This document shows positions 28,152 through 38,513 of a DNA stretch of 64,000 nt, piece after piece. The DNA comes from a virus: positions 1-64,000 of IMG/VR virus record IMGVR_UViG_3300030116_004360; one strand, 5' to 3'. Numbering within the stretch: position 1 is the stretch's first letter; every line of letters begins with the position of its first letter. The notes beneath the pieces were generated by a model, which saw only the letters and a list, made by a program, of their open reading frames with translations, was not told the DNA's origin and made no database searches. A program made the translations under genes and the position numbers.

Positions 28152-31100
28152 CTAATATTTATTCTGATTTAGTTGTTATGCAACGAGGTGGTTTAATTAG
28201 TGATGAACCCCCTAGTAATTCAGGAGTAGAAGTTCCAACAAACCCATTAATTAGATTTTATAATCCTGATGATGCTTCAACAGGTGGAGAATGGCCCGCA
28301 AATGTAAGTAATCCTGATGATGTAGGCCCAATTACCGCAACAGGTATTGTTTGTTATGAAGTAGTTAAAAATAAATCAACAGGAGATACTGTTGCTACAA
28401 ATGGAGTAAGTCATACAAATGGTAATCCTGTTCAATTAAATAGAATTTTTCCTACTGCGGCTGATGTTACAACATATGCTGAAAATTTTGCTAATACTCC
28501 CGGTTATAGAATAACTACTGACCCCACAACATCTACTTTACAAACACCGTCAAACAATCATACTTCTGCTATTACAAATAATAGTTATGACCATTTTGTT
28601 TTACTCTTTGCAGATGACGAAAATAAACACCATTTTGCTAAAATTACTGAATACATTAAAGATGATGATGGTAATAGAACTTCATTTGAATTTACTCCTA
28701 GTTATGGAAAGGAAATACCTAAAGGAACTAAATTCACTATTTTTAAGGGACCACAATTTAGAGATGGTTCAGGTGATTTAGTAAATACTGATGTTGTAGC
28801 GGTAGCATACGGATTAAGAATGGGTGGTAGTGGTAATAAACACGCTAATCATACATACTTATCAAGACCTAATTTTTTCTTTTATGAAGATAGAGTAAAT
28901 AACTCAAGTGAGTTAGACCATAACACAAAATATACTTTATACTCATCTAGGTCGGATGGTTCCTCTGTTTCACATATTAAAACAGTATTTTCTACTGTTC
29001 AAGATTTTGGTGAAAGAATTATTGATAATAGTTTATTTTCATATAACATAAAACTAGTAGATAATCTTAGAGATACAGATGAATCTGCAACTAATGATTA
29101 TGTAGATTGGGACACGGCTATTGCTAATATACAAAGAAGATTGTCTGATAATACAGGAAATTCATATACAGGCCCCGGAAGATATTTACATTACACCTCT
29201 TCACCTGAACAATGTTCTTTAAACGGAAATGTAATGGATATTGAAATAAATAAAAATATTTCAGTTAGTGGTGATTATTGTGAAATTACTTTTTCTGATA
29301 CTCAAAGAATAAACTCTATGAAAATTAAAGAAAATGACCCATTAACAGTTAGAAGAAATTTGGCTAATAATATAATGAGTAAATCATTTGATGCTCAACT
29401 AATTGGGACTTTTACTGGTTCATCAGGTTCTTCTACTTTAACTGCAACATTAGAATCTGGACAAGATTTAACTAATTTACTTAAAAGTGGTTCTGATTAT
29501 GAAGATATTAAAGTAGGTAGTCACTATTATTGTATTAGTGCTATTGGTGCAGTAAGTAGTAATACACAAGCATTAACAATTAGTCATTATAGAACCTCTG
29601 TTGGTGGCTCTAAAAGTAGTGGAGGACTACAAGCAACTTATTCAAGCGAAAAAGCATATAGGCCAAGATGGTCTACTGTTACTAAAAATTTAATAGTTGA
29701 TTTTGATTTAGATGCTAGAATTACTGATTTAGAAATCTTTTTGAGTAACGGTATTTTAGCAGGAACTAGATTGCCTTTAGCGTCATTCGATGCAGACAAC
29801 AATTTTGTAACTACTACATATACCACTAGTAGATTTAATTCTCAGATTACTGGGAACCATATTTTAGATTTTCATTCTGGAAGTTATATAATTGATAAAA
29901 AAATATTTGAAGGTATTGTTGAAACAATAATAGAAGAATCACAACAAGGTATTCCTATATTTAAAGTAATAGGAAGAAATAAAGTTAGAGAATTACTTGG
30001 CCCAGTAATCAATAGAAATTATACTCATTCAGAAGATATGGTATATTCTACTTATGGTCCGTTAGCATTTTCTAATTCAGTTGTTAATGCTTCACTAACT
30101 GCAATACAATCAACTGGAGCAGTAGCGATTAATGCTACTACTATTACAGTTAATCATCATAGTGATACTTTAGGTAATCAAGCAATTTATAACGGGCAAT
30201 TAATTTTTAATTCTGATAAACATTTTGTTGGTGAAGTTCAATCATATGATACAGGTTCAAAAGAAATCACATTAAAAGATGGTGCTATGACTTCTCTCGC
30301 TTCAAGTGAAGTTTTACATCTTACTTCATATCCATTATTATCTTTTTCTAAAGCACTACATTCTAACTATACCAAAACTAATTCCGCAACATCATTAGAC
30401 AGTAGTGCAAATAAAGGTTTAATTTTTACTTCTGGAGAAGATTTAAACACTAATTCAGATTTGGTTGGCTCTTCTTTAAATACAAATAAAGATGCTAGAG
30501 GTTTCAATATTTATTATCCAGATAACATTAGTAAAGATAATAATTTTTACTGTGGACTAGCAGGATTAAACCACTCTTCTTTTTATAAAGAAAGAGATGA
30601 ATCTAAAATTGTGAACTCTATAATGAGTTATGATATAATTGATATCGAACAAAAAGACAATAAAAGCACAATTGAATTGGCTCCAATAAATCCAGCAATT
30701 TTAGCAAGAGTAAATATTAATGAGGAAAATTCTACTTTAGAAACTTTAACAGATTCCGGTTGGACATTTTCTTCAGGAGTTACTGCATCTAATTTTACTG
30801 TTTCGGGTGTAACTTGGGCTAATATACCATTTACTCATTCTACATTACAATCTGGATATATTTATAAATCAGATGGAACTGTTATTGGAAAGGTTTTATG
30901 GAAAAGAAAACATACTTCTAATGGCAGTTCATTTAATTATCAAATTTCTTTAGATAGGGAATATACTTCTACTGCTAATGAAAAAATATATATCATTTCT
31001 AATTATTCTAACAAACAACTTTATTTCTTAAATAAAAATAATATAGATTCTGGTGGTGTGGTTCAATTAGTAAATCCTCAATATTCAAGAGGAAATAGAC

Positions 31101-34100
31101 CAATTGGTTTTCATGATATAACATCGGAAACATTTCATGGACGAAACTTATATAGATATTTAGATTTACACTCATCTGATTCTGGATTGCTTGGTAAAAA
31201 TAATGTTGTAGTTAATATGTCGAATACGCAACCAATTATGGGAACTAGTAGTGAATTAAAAACAACTGCATCTTCATACAATTTTTATCCCGGAAGTGGT
31301 TTTGTAGCGACACATTCTCTATATACTACCCCAAAAACTAGTATTGATATTCAAACACCTCATGAATTAACAGAAAATAAACCAGTTGTAGGTAGTAACT
31401 TTTTAGATGCAAATAACTATAAATCAACAAATACTCGTTCTGCTTATTTACCACATAATTTTGCATTATTTGATTCTGGCTCTACTAAACAATCAAAAAT
31501 TCTATGTTTGCCTAAATCACATTTAGACAGTGATGTAGATTGGGCAAGAGGAAGTTTAGGAAGAGAATCACAATTTAGCGAAGAAAATCAAGGAAGATTA
31601 AATGCTATCCGTAGAGCAAAAGAATATTTAGAACATATAAATAAAAGTGCAGAAAAATATTTTATTTTCTCTCCTTCGGACATTTATCCAGATTCTAAAA
31701 CTAGAGAAACAAATATTTTAAACGGTAGTAAGGCTTTTACTGATTATAATATTATGATATATGGTGAACCAACTTTAGAAGATAGTTCTATTGAATATCA
31801 AGATATTGTAGGTAAATTAAATCGTAGTAATACTACTGATGAAAATTATGAAACATTAACTATTTCTGAATCCTCACATAGTCCTTCAGAATTAACTAGA
31901 TTTGGTGTAATGAGGCTTACCGAAGTTTGTTTTGATTGGCATTTTAATATTGTAGACCCTGAAAATATTATAGAAAAAAATACTACAATACCTAATTTCG
32001 TTTATTCTGCTCATTCAAGTATTGATTATACAACTGCTGGAACTGAAGCAACTGTTAATGGAACAATGGTTTATGCTTCTGGAAGTCCTGATACATTAAA
32101 GGTTCAATGTTCTGCCAATACTTTTTCAGCAGGAGAATATGCTTTTTATCCTGATGGAAATATGTTAGGAAAAATTAGTTCAATATCATCAGGTGATTTA
32201 GTATTTAATATTGGAGCAGGTCAAGATAACCCTAATGGCTTAAATTCTGATACAGATGGTAATTTTCCAGATGGTTCTAATGTAACTAAACTACATCGTA
32301 GAATACCTACTTATTTAACTGGTAATGAAACAATTAATACAATCGTTAAGGGACAAGGAAAGGAAGATACTTTGCATAACATTAAAGGTAGTCGTTCTAC
32401 TCCTAAACAAAATGAAGGATTTCAAATGTATAAAGGAGGTATATTTAGCACTGAAACTGCTACATTTAAGCATGATAATGTGAATTATAAATCACAACAA
32501 GACAGTGAACAAGCACTTCAAATACCATTTTATTTAGAACAAAAAACAACTGGTTCTTATGAAAATTTTAATGCTCTTGTTTTCCAAAATGATGGCTTTT
32601 CTTTTGTTGAGTATGGAAATCATCAAAAAGTTACTGGTGGTTTACTAAATCCGGGTGAAAGAACTCCGGGTGAATATACTAATATAACACCAGTAGCAAC
32701 TGATGGTTCAGGTGTAACAGATTTAAGAGTTAAAGTTACTGTATCAAGTCATTATAAAAGACCAGTAACTATAGAAATAACAACTCTTGGTTCGGCTTCT
32801 AATGGAAATACTTTTAAAATAACTAATACAGATATTTACGATAGTTCTACAAGTGAAGATGAAGCAACCTTTACTGTTAGAACATCAAGTGGAACAACAC
32901 ATGATGCAGAAGATTTTATTCATCCATCTAGAGTTATAGAAGCGTTTCAGACAGAATCACAAGGAAATAACTCTTCTAGCATTATTGGTAATAGACAAAA
33001 TTTATTAAAAACTAATATTTATTATCCTTCAAGAGTAGTTTTATTTGATAAATATTCTTTAGATGCTGCTCCTGATGGTTCTTCAAATGATACTCAAAGA
33101 ATAAATATACCAAGTATAAACGGTATGACTCTCCCAGTAGCAAATGGAGCGATTCAACTTAAAGTAGATGCAGAAACTAGTGGTAAAAGATATACTTCTA
33201 TATTTTTACCATTAGAAGATACGTTTGCTAAAGATATTAATATCCAAAGTGGTGATTATTTAGGAGCAGGTTGTGAATATTTCTTTAAACCTATACTTGC
33301 ATTAAAAGCACAAAGTGATATGAGTGGAACATACCCTGCTATGAATACTGTAACAAAAGGAACTAGAACACATACTGAAATTCACATTAATAATTATGTT
33401 AGTAGTCATATAACTCCTGATGGAACAGGTAATTATCATCCTAATAATTATTGGTTAGATTTTGCACCAAATTTAACAGGTTACTATTTAGCATCAATGG
33501 ATGGATATATCACTGATTTAAATGAAGCATCAGCAAATGTATATACTGGTTATGATATGAATGAAGTTTCTTCTTATTCTTTACAACCAAATAATATATA
33601 TTATGTTGTTTCACATACAGTTATAGGGGATGCAAACGGTATAACCCATAAAATAGTTGTGGATGGAAATATAACTGATTCAGCAACGCCATTTAATAGA
33701 TATTTTAGAATTTTGAAACCATCTGAAGTTTGTTTTCATGAAAATACACCAAATGAATTAGAATTTTATACACTTAAATCTGAATATACTAAAGAACCTA
33801 GAAGTAATAATATGTATAAAGATATTCCTAGTTCAAATAGTTTTCAAAACTCTGTTATTGGTAATACAACTTCAACAGAAGCAGAAGCATTAAACGCAGA
33901 AAGGAGTGTAGTTTCTGGTTATCAGGAAGGAGTATTATCAATGTATGTCGTTGTGGATTCTGATAGATTAGGAGATGGAAATGATTATGTTGTTAGAAGT
34001 CCTGAAAATTTCTTTGGAACAGGATTAAGTGAGGGTAATTATACTTTTTATACAACTGATGGTAATGAAAAATATAAACAAAATTTAAGAATAGATTTAT

Positions 34101-35200
34101 TTACTGCATCTAAAAACTCTAGTAATAGTGCCTTTCCAAGTTCATTGACTTATACGGTTCCCAAATTAACTTTTGGTTCTAAATTTAACAGACAAGTCGG
34201 AATAGTTTCTTTTTCAACTCCTTTTACAATTACATCACCTAGACCCGTTTCCTTAAGAAAATCATCTAAAGCAAAAATCGGGTGTTCAGTTAGTATTACT
34301 CTAGAAGCAGAAGATATTATCAATGATATTTTAGAAAGAAATAATATACAATTTGATAATACAACTCAAGAATTTGAATATTTTATTGGTCCGAACTTTC
34401 AAGGAGCAGATGCTTATTCAGCAATTAATTTCTTAGCAAGATTAAAAAATAAAAGATTAGATTTTAATGGTAATAACATTTCACTAACTAAAATATTAGA
34501 TAGTTCTAACTTTACAAAGGCTTTCATAACAGATGAAAATGTAGATTATAAGATTACTAGTGTAAGTAGAGAAAACTCATTGTTTGATTACTATAATGAT
34601 ATTAATGTCTACGGAAGGGGAGTTAAATCTAGAGTTCGTGATATAAAAGGAATTAAGAAATTTGGGACTAAAACTTTAGAAATTACAGATGAATCTTTTA
34701 CCACTCAAGAAGAAGTAGATACAGAAGCAAGGAGATTACTTAAGCAACATACTGAAAACAGTAAAAGAATAACTGTTACTTTAGGAACTGATAAATTAAA
34801 ATATTTAAGAGTCGGTGATGTTGTAGATTTCTCATCTAAATATAATGGAATACCTAGAGGAGAATATTTAGTTTTAGGGATTAAACATACAGTCGGTCCT
34901 ATGACTTTGGAATTAGGCGCGTATAATGCAGGTTTACAAGCAAAACTTGCAGAAATGTTAATTGATAATAAAAAGTCAAAGGCATTTATTCGTGGACAAT
35001 CTTTTAAAGAAAACGAAGAAACGGCTATTAATCTTGAACAATATAAAGTAAAGCCAATCAAATTAATAATAACTAAAACTAGTTCTTCGGGTTCATTCAC
35101 ATTAGGCTTTGGTCAAACATTAAATATAGGGACCGCCACATTAGGATTCACCGGAGGAACTAGTTCTTCTACTACTACATTAAAGGAGATAAACTTATGA
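28148..35200 (+). CDS. Large tail tip / hub protein (2350 aa)
   Basis: Ser/Thr/Asn-rich beta protein; C-terminal hub motifs NDINVYG, SFTTQEE..ARRLL, LRVGDVV. Confidence 0.75.
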   Translation: MTNIYSDLVVMQRGGLISDEPPSNSGVEVPTNPLIRFYNPDDASTGGEWPANVSNPDDVGPITATGIVCYEVVKNKSTGDTVATNGVSHTNGNPVQLNRIFPTAADVTTYAENFANTPGYRITTDPTTSTLQTPSNNHTSAITNNSYDHFVLLFADDENKHHFAKITEYIKDDDGNRTSFEFTPSYGKEIPKGTKFTIFKGPQFRDGSGDLVNTDVVAVAYGLRMGGSGNKHANHTYLSRPNFFFYEDRVNNSSELDHNTKYTLYSSRSDGSSVSHIKTVFSTVQDFGERIIDNSLFSYNIKLVDNLRDTDESATNDYVDWDTAIANIQRRLSDNTGNSYTGPGRYLHYTSSPEQCSLNGNVMDIEINKNISVSGDYCEITFSDTQRINSMKIKENDPLTVRRNLANNIMSKSFDAQLIGTFTGSSGSSTLTATLESGQDLTNLLKSGSDYEDIKVGSHYYCISAIGAVSSNTQALTISHYRTSVGGSKSSGGLQATYSSEKAYRPRWSTVTKNLIVDFDLDARITDLEIFLSNGILAGTRLPLASFDADNNFVTTTYTTSRFNSQITGNHILDFHSGSYIIDKKIFEGIVETIIEESQQGIPIFKVIGRNKVRELLGPVINRNYTHSEDMVYSTYGPLAFSNSVVNASLTAIQSTGAVAINATTITVNHHSDTLGNQAIYNGQLIFNSDKHFVGEVQSYDTGSKEITLKDGAMTSLASSEVLHLTSYPLLSFSKALHSNYTKTNSATSLDSSANKGLIFTSGEDLNTNSDLVGSSLNTNKDARGFNIYYPDNISKDNNFYCGLAGLNHSSFYKERDESKIVNSIMSYDIIDIEQKDNKSTIELAPINPAILARVNINEENSTLETLTDSGWTFSSGVTASNFTVSGVTWANIPFTHSTLQSGYIYKSDGTVIGKVLWKRKHTSNGSSFNYQISLDREYTSTANEKIYIISNYSNKQLYFLNKNNIDSGGVVQLVNPQYSRGNRPIGFHDITSETFHGRNLYRYLDLHSSDSGLLGKNNVVVNMSNTQPIMGTSSELKTTASSYNFYPGSGFVATHSLYTTPKTSIDIQTPHELTENKPVVGSNFLDANNYKSTNTRSAYLPHNFALFDSGSTKQSKILCLPKSHLDSDVDWARGSLGRESQFSEENQGRLNAIRRAKEYLEHINKSAEKYFIFSPSDIYPDSKTRETNILNGSKAFTDYNIMIYGEPTLEDSSIEYQDIVGKLNRSNTTDENYETLTISESSHSPSELTRFGVMRLTEVCFDWHFNIVDPENIIEKNTTIPNFVYSAHSSIDYTTAGTEATVNGTMVYASGSPDTLKVQCSANTFSAGEYAFYPDGNMLGKISSISSGDLVFNIGAGQDNPNGLNSDTDGNFPDGSNVTKLHRRIPTYLTGNETINTIVKGQGKEDTLHNIKGSRSTPKQNEGFQMYKGGIFSTETATFKHDNVNYKSQQDSEQALQIPFYLEQKTTGSYENFNALVFQNDGFSFVEYGNHQKVTGGLLNPGERTPGEYTNITPVATDGSGVTDLRVKVTVSSHYKRPVTIEITTLGSASNGNTFKITNTDIYDSSTSEDEATFTVRTSSGTTHDAEDFIHPSRVIEAFQTESQGNNSSSIIGNRQNLLKTNIYYPSRVVLFDKYSLDAAPDGSSNDTQRINIPSINGMTLPVANGAIQLKVDAETSGKRYTSIFLPLEDTFAKDINIQSGDYLGAGCEYFFKPILALKAQSDMSGTYPAMNTVTKGTRTHTEIHINNYVSSHITPDGTGNYHPNNYWLDFAPNLTGYYLASMDGYITDLNEASANVYTGYDMNEVSSYSLQPNNIYYVVSHTVIGDANGITHKIVVDGNITDSATPFNRYFRILKPSEVCFHENTPNELEFYTLKSEYTKEPRSNNMYKDIPSSNSFQNSVIGNTTSTEAEALNAERSVVSGYQEGVLSMYVVVDSDRLGDGNDYVVRSPENFFGTGLSEGNYTFYTTDGNEKYKQNLRIDLFTASKNSSNSAFPSSLTYTVPKLTFGSKFNRQVGIVSFSTPFTITSPRPVSLRKSSKAKIGCSVSITLEAEDIINDILERNNIQFDNTTQEFEYFIGPNFQGADAYSAINFLARLKNKRLDFNGNNISLTKILDSSNFTKAFITDENVDYKITSVSRENSLFDYYNDINVYGRGVKSRVRDIKGIKKFGTKTLEITDESFTTQEEVDTEARRLLKQHTENSKRITVTLGTDKLKYLRVGDVVDFSSKYNGIPRGEYLVLGIKHTVGPMTLELGAYNAGLQAKLAEMLIDNKKSKAFIRGQSFKENEETAINLEQYKVKPIKLIITKTSSSGSFTLGFGQTLNIGTATLGFTGGTSSSTTTLKEINL

Positions 35201-35616
35201 TAACCGAAGAAACAAAACGAAGAATGGCTATGTTTTTAAAAACATTTACAACAACCGCAAAAGTGGGTAATGGTGGTGATAGCACCAATCCATCAAGTAA
35301 TGATTTAGATTCAGTAGTTTCATCTTCTTCGTCGTTTTCAACAGTATTATCGGATGAAAATGTAGTTGATTTTAATGCAACCTTTAATTCATTAACTGGC
35401 GAAACAATTAGAGAATTTGGTATATTTGCTACATTACCTTCAAGTGAGGTTCATTTTAATACCCTAAAAACAAATATGGCTTTATCAGTATCAGATACTA
35501 TTTCTACGGCAGTTACAACAGATACAGTTATGATTGCTAGATTCAACTTTGATGCGTTAGGGCCTTTTACTGCATCAGATACAGTTAATATTACTTTAGT
35601 AGCGGAGGTCGAATAA
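35197..35616 (+). CDS. Tail tip accessory protein
   Basis: AKVGNGG and TIREFGIF resemble fibre-attachment proteins. Confidence 0.55.
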   Translation: MITEETKRRMAMFLKTFTTTAKVGNGGDSTNPSSNDLDSVVSSSSSFSTVLSDENVVDFNATFNSLTGETIREFGIFATLPSSEVHFNTLKTNMALSVSDTISTAVTTDTVMIARFNFDALGPFTASDTVNITLVAEVE

Positions 35617-35617
35617 T

Positions 35618-37825
35618 ATGGTAAGTAACCCCAATCAATACAGTAAAAGCGCAACTTCACCAACTGCTCAAATAGAAGATGGTGTTGATTTTCCACATAC
35701 AGGAATTATTAAAGCACTTTCTGATGGTTTAGGTCAAAACTATGCAATAAGTGGATTTGATATTACAATTGATAGTGCAACACAAATTGACGTAGGAGCA
35801 GGTGTTATTTTTAGAGATGGTAATAAAGTTTCAATTAGTGCAGTAAATAATATGTCTTTAAGTTCTACTTATACTAATGGTTATCATTTATTAGTAGCAG
35901 ATAGTTCAAATGTTCTTAGAATTAGAAATCCTACTGCGGTAAATAAAGTTCCAGAATATACGGCAGGAGATACTATTATTGCAGTTGTTACTCATACTGG
36001 AACTGCAAATGTTGGTCTTCAATATCTTACTGTAAATAAAACTGAAAATAGTTTAAGTATAGGTTATAATGATTCTGGATATACAGAAATGAGTAAAATA
36101 ACTGCTGCTTCTGGTGGAACTACCGTAGAAGTTCCTACTGCTGGTGGAAATTTTATTATTGATAATACAGATGCAGATAAAAAAATTGTAGCAAGATTAG
36201 GTAGTGATGATGCTAATACTGCCTTTGAAGTTAGAAATAATTCTGATGCTGCTAAATTAACTGTTGGTGGCGATGGTTTAGTTGCTACTGCTGGTAATAT
36301 TAAAGTCGGTGGAAATGTAATTCAGGCTTCTGATGGTGGAAGCACTATTACTATGGACACTAGTGATAATGTAACTATTGCTGGAGATTTAACAGTTAGT
36401 GGTGGAGATATTATTGGGCCTACTGATGCTGCATTAACAATTAAATCAGATGGTGATATGCATTTTAGAGTAGATGCCGATAATGATGGAACTCATGGAT
36501 TTAAATTTAGAGATGGTGGAAATAATATTGTTGCTCAAATAACAGAAGCAGGTTTAATACAATATGATGGTATTGCATATCAAGCCATTCAAAATATGAC
36601 TTCTAATAGAAGTGCTGGTTGGCATACAATTGCTAAAATTAAAGGTAGAAGTGGTGGTTCTGGTGGAGGAACAGGAGGCTCAAATCAAAGAGGTCACGCA
36701 ACATTCTTATTAAAAGATGAAACATCATCAAGACATCAAACAATTGAATTTAATGCTTCTCATATGTTTGGAACAGATGCTTCTAATAACATAACAGTTA
36801 CACATAGCGCATTATTCTCTACTGCCGTTGTTACTAAATTAAGATTAAAAGATAATTCTACTTATGACGGTTGTGCTTTACAGATATATATAGCAGATTC
36901 AACAAATAATATTGTTTTATACGTTAAAAATAATTTTGCGGATGATGGATGGGTTTTAGTTGATACAGTAGCAGATGGTTCAGACCCCGGAGATTTAGGC
37001 TATAATAACGCTTGGTCAGATTTTGTTGCTACTGCTGCATCAGAAGTAGATTTAAACACTTTAGGTTTATTACAAGGTGGAATGCATACAGAACATTTTA
37101 GTGCTGATGATGCTAAAATGGGAACTTTAGAAATTACAAATAGCGATTCAACAACAAATGCCGTTGTATTCCCATTAAAAATTTCAGAGGAAACATCAGG
37201 AACTCCTGCTAATGGTTTAGGAGTTGGAATACAATTTGAAGTAGAAACATCAGCAGGAAATAATGAAATTGGTGCTACAATGGAAGTAGTAACAACTGAT
37301 GTTTCTTCTGGTAGTGAAGATTTTAAAATAGTTTTTAAGGCTATGGCGGCTGGAAGCGCAGCAGCCGAAATGTTGTCTTTAGACGCTAATAACGTCACAT
37401 CACCCGTAAATGGTAGAATAATAACTCCGGGTTTTGGATATAATTTTGGAGGTGCAGTTTATGTTTCTGGACCCACTAGTAGTAAGGGAAATATATCTTT
37501 TGCTAGAGTTGTTATATTAGATGTTAGAAATAGCGCAAATAATTTCTTTGCTTTACCTGCAAGTTCAGGTGTTTCTAATGGTCAATTAATTACATTAAAA
37601 AATCCAACTAATGTAGATGCTATTATTAGCCCACAATCAGGAGATGAAATAGATTTTGGAAGCACAAATAATGGTATGATTGGAAGTGCTAATGTTTTAA
37701 CTTTGCCCGGTGCAGGTTGTGTTACTTTAATGTGCTATTCAGGTTGGGATAAAAATAATTTAACAGACAGTAATGGATTAGGAGCAACTCAAAGTGGATG
37801 GTTTGTTGTTAATCAAACAGTATGA
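35618..37825 (+). CDS. Tail fibre / receptor-binding protein
   Basis: Gly/Thr-rich beta repeats (VTIAGDLTVSGG); mosaic; last large late gene. Confidence 0.7.
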   Translation: MVSNPNQYSKSATSPTAQIEDGVDFPHTGIIKALSDGLGQNYAISGFDITIDSATQIDVGAGVIFRDGNKVSISAVNNMSLSSTYTNGYHLLVADSSNVLRIRNPTAVNKVPEYTAGDTIIAVVTHTGTANVGLQYLTVNKTENSLSIGYNDSGYTEMSKITAASGGTTVEVPTAGGNFIIDNTDADKKIVARLGSDDANTAFEVRNNSDAAKLTVGGDGLVATAGNIKVGGNVIQASDGGSTITMDTSDNVTIAGDLTVSGGDIIGPTDAALTIKSDGDMHFRVDADNDGTHGFKFRDGGNNIVAQITEAGLIQYDGIAYQAIQNMTSNRSAGWHTIAKIKGRSGGSGGGTGGSNQRGHATFLLKDETSSRHQTIEFNASHMFGTDASNNITVTHSALFSTAVVTKLRLKDNSTYDGCALQIYIADSTNNIVLYVKNNFADDGWVLVDTVADGSDPGDLGYNNAWSDFVATAASEVDLNTLGLLQGGMHTEHFSADDAKMGTLEITNSDSTTNAVVFPLKISEETSGTPANGLGVGIQFEVETSAGNNEIGATMEVVTTDVSSGSEDFKIVFKAMAAGSAAAEMLSLDANNVTSPVNGRIITPGFGYNFGGAVYVSGPTSSKGNISFARVVILDVRNSANNFFALPASSGVSNGQLITLKNPTNVDAIISPQSGDEIDFGSTNNGMIGSANVLTLPGAGCVTLMCYSGWDKNNLTDSNGLGATQSGWFVVNQTV

Positions 37826-37829
37826 TAAC

Positions 37830-37922
37830 ATGAAAACTAAAACTAAGATTGTATATGTTATTGTTAATTCAATACTTCTAATAACCGCATTAATAATAAT
37901 TGTTTTCAAATATAACCGATGA
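37830..37922 (+). CDS. 30-aa single-TM microprotein (not in ORF track)
   Basis: MKTKTKIVYVIVNSILLITALIIIVFKYNR*; starts 4 nt after the fibre stop. Confidence 0.45.
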   Translation: MKTKTKIVYVIVNSILLITALIIIVFKYNR

Positions 37923-37943
37923 AAATAGTAGCGTAATTGCTGA

Positions 37944-37953
37944 TTTATATACT
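37944..37953 (+). promoter_or_regulatory. Candidate TATA box for the ncRNA
   Basis: TTTATATACT, same core as at 12787, about 25 nt before the structured GC-richer segment. Confidence 0.45.
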
Positions 37954-37972
37954 CTGATAATGGGTTAAATTA

Positions 37973-38120
37973 TTGGCCCTATTAGAGAGCGCGTGTAAGC
38001 ACTTTGATAGGTCGCAACGGGTAGGTCGCTCCCCGATTGAAAAGAGGCTCCTGAGAGGCTTCTTAGGGGGCATTTTAGGGGTGTTTCAACGGGGTCGAAT
38101 CCATTGAAAATCAAGGCCAA
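37973..38120 (+). ncRNA. Putative structured ncRNA of unknown family
   Basis: ORF-free and GC-richer. Stems: TTGGC/GCCAA (ends), CCTATTAGAG/CTTTGATAGG, CCCCG-A-TTGAAA/TTTCAA-CGGGG, AAGAGGCT/GGCTTCTT. The G-U pairs work on the + strand. T9 run follows. Confidence 0.55.
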
Positions 38121-38135
38121 AATAAGCGTGAGAAA

Positions 38136-38144
38136 TTTTTTTTT
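38136..38144 (+). terminator. Oligo-T terminator of the + arm / ncRNA
   Basis: T9 run at the convergence point. Confidence 0.55.
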
Positions 38145-38145
38145 G

Positions 38146-38217
38146 AAAATGAATAAAAAAATAAAAAAAGGGAGACAAGAAGAATTGGCCTAAATTAGAC
38201 CAAAACTTCCTGCCCCC
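38146..38217 (-). terminator. Hairpin plus oligo-U terminator of the - arm
   Basis: Minus-strand GGGGGCAGGAAG TT TTGGTCTA ATT TAGGCCAA TT CTTCTTGTCTCC forms 20 bp with four G-U pairs, followed by two T7 runs. Confidence 0.7.
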
Positions 38218-38356
38218 GCATTTTTTCACTCCATAGGGCATTACATTCCCTACATTCCCAAACTCTTACACTTTCACTAGAACCTACATAAAAGGCTAAT
38301 AACCTTTTAGGTATAGTATGTTCCCCACAAAACATACATTGTTCTCTAAGAGCCAT
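38195..38356 (-). CDS. TFS/TFIIS-like Zn-ribbon microprotein (53 aa, not in ORF track)
   Basis: MALREQCMFCGEHTIPKRLLAFYVGSSESVRVWECRECNALWSEKMRGQEVLV*; pattern CX2CX24CX2CX3W. Confidence 0.65.
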   Translation of the reverse strand: MALREQCMFCGEHTIPKRLLAFYVGSSESVRVWECRECNALWSEKMRGQEVLV

Positions 38357-38360
38357 ATTA

Positions 38361-38510
38361 TCACTTTCTTTTATTTTCTGTTCGCATTAGTGATTCCATA
38401 TATTCTTCAATAGATTCTTCACTTAAATTCGACCCACCAAAGGCGGCGAAGAATAATAGTGAAATAACTATCACAAACATTATCCAAGTTATTACTTCCC
38501 ATGTATCCAT
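38361..38510 (-). CDS. Single-TM microprotein (49 aa, not in ORF track)
   Basis: MDTWEVITWIMFVIVISLLFFAAFGGSNLSEESIEEYMESLMRTENKRK*. Confidence 0.6.
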   Translation of the reverse strand: MDTWEVITWIMFVIVISLLFFAAFGGSNLSEESIEEYMESLMRTENKRK

Positions 38511-38513
38511 TTT

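Noticed and set aside
4591-37398. Minus-strand ORFs within the late arm (e.g. 13224-13718, 25613-25963, 34705-35100, 37000-37398)
   Set aside because: They lie antisense to well-supported genes, have Ser/Phe/Leu-rich shadow composition and show no motifs.
28148-37825. Diversity-generating retroelement or invertible tail-fibre cassette
   Set aside because: No reverse transcriptase, invertase or template/variable repeat pair was noticed by eye; a self-dotplot would be needed to exclude it fully.
38091-38103. GGGGTCGAATCC resembling a tRNA T-arm
   Set aside because: No 5-bp T stem, acceptor stem or anticodon arm could be built, so no tRNA was called.
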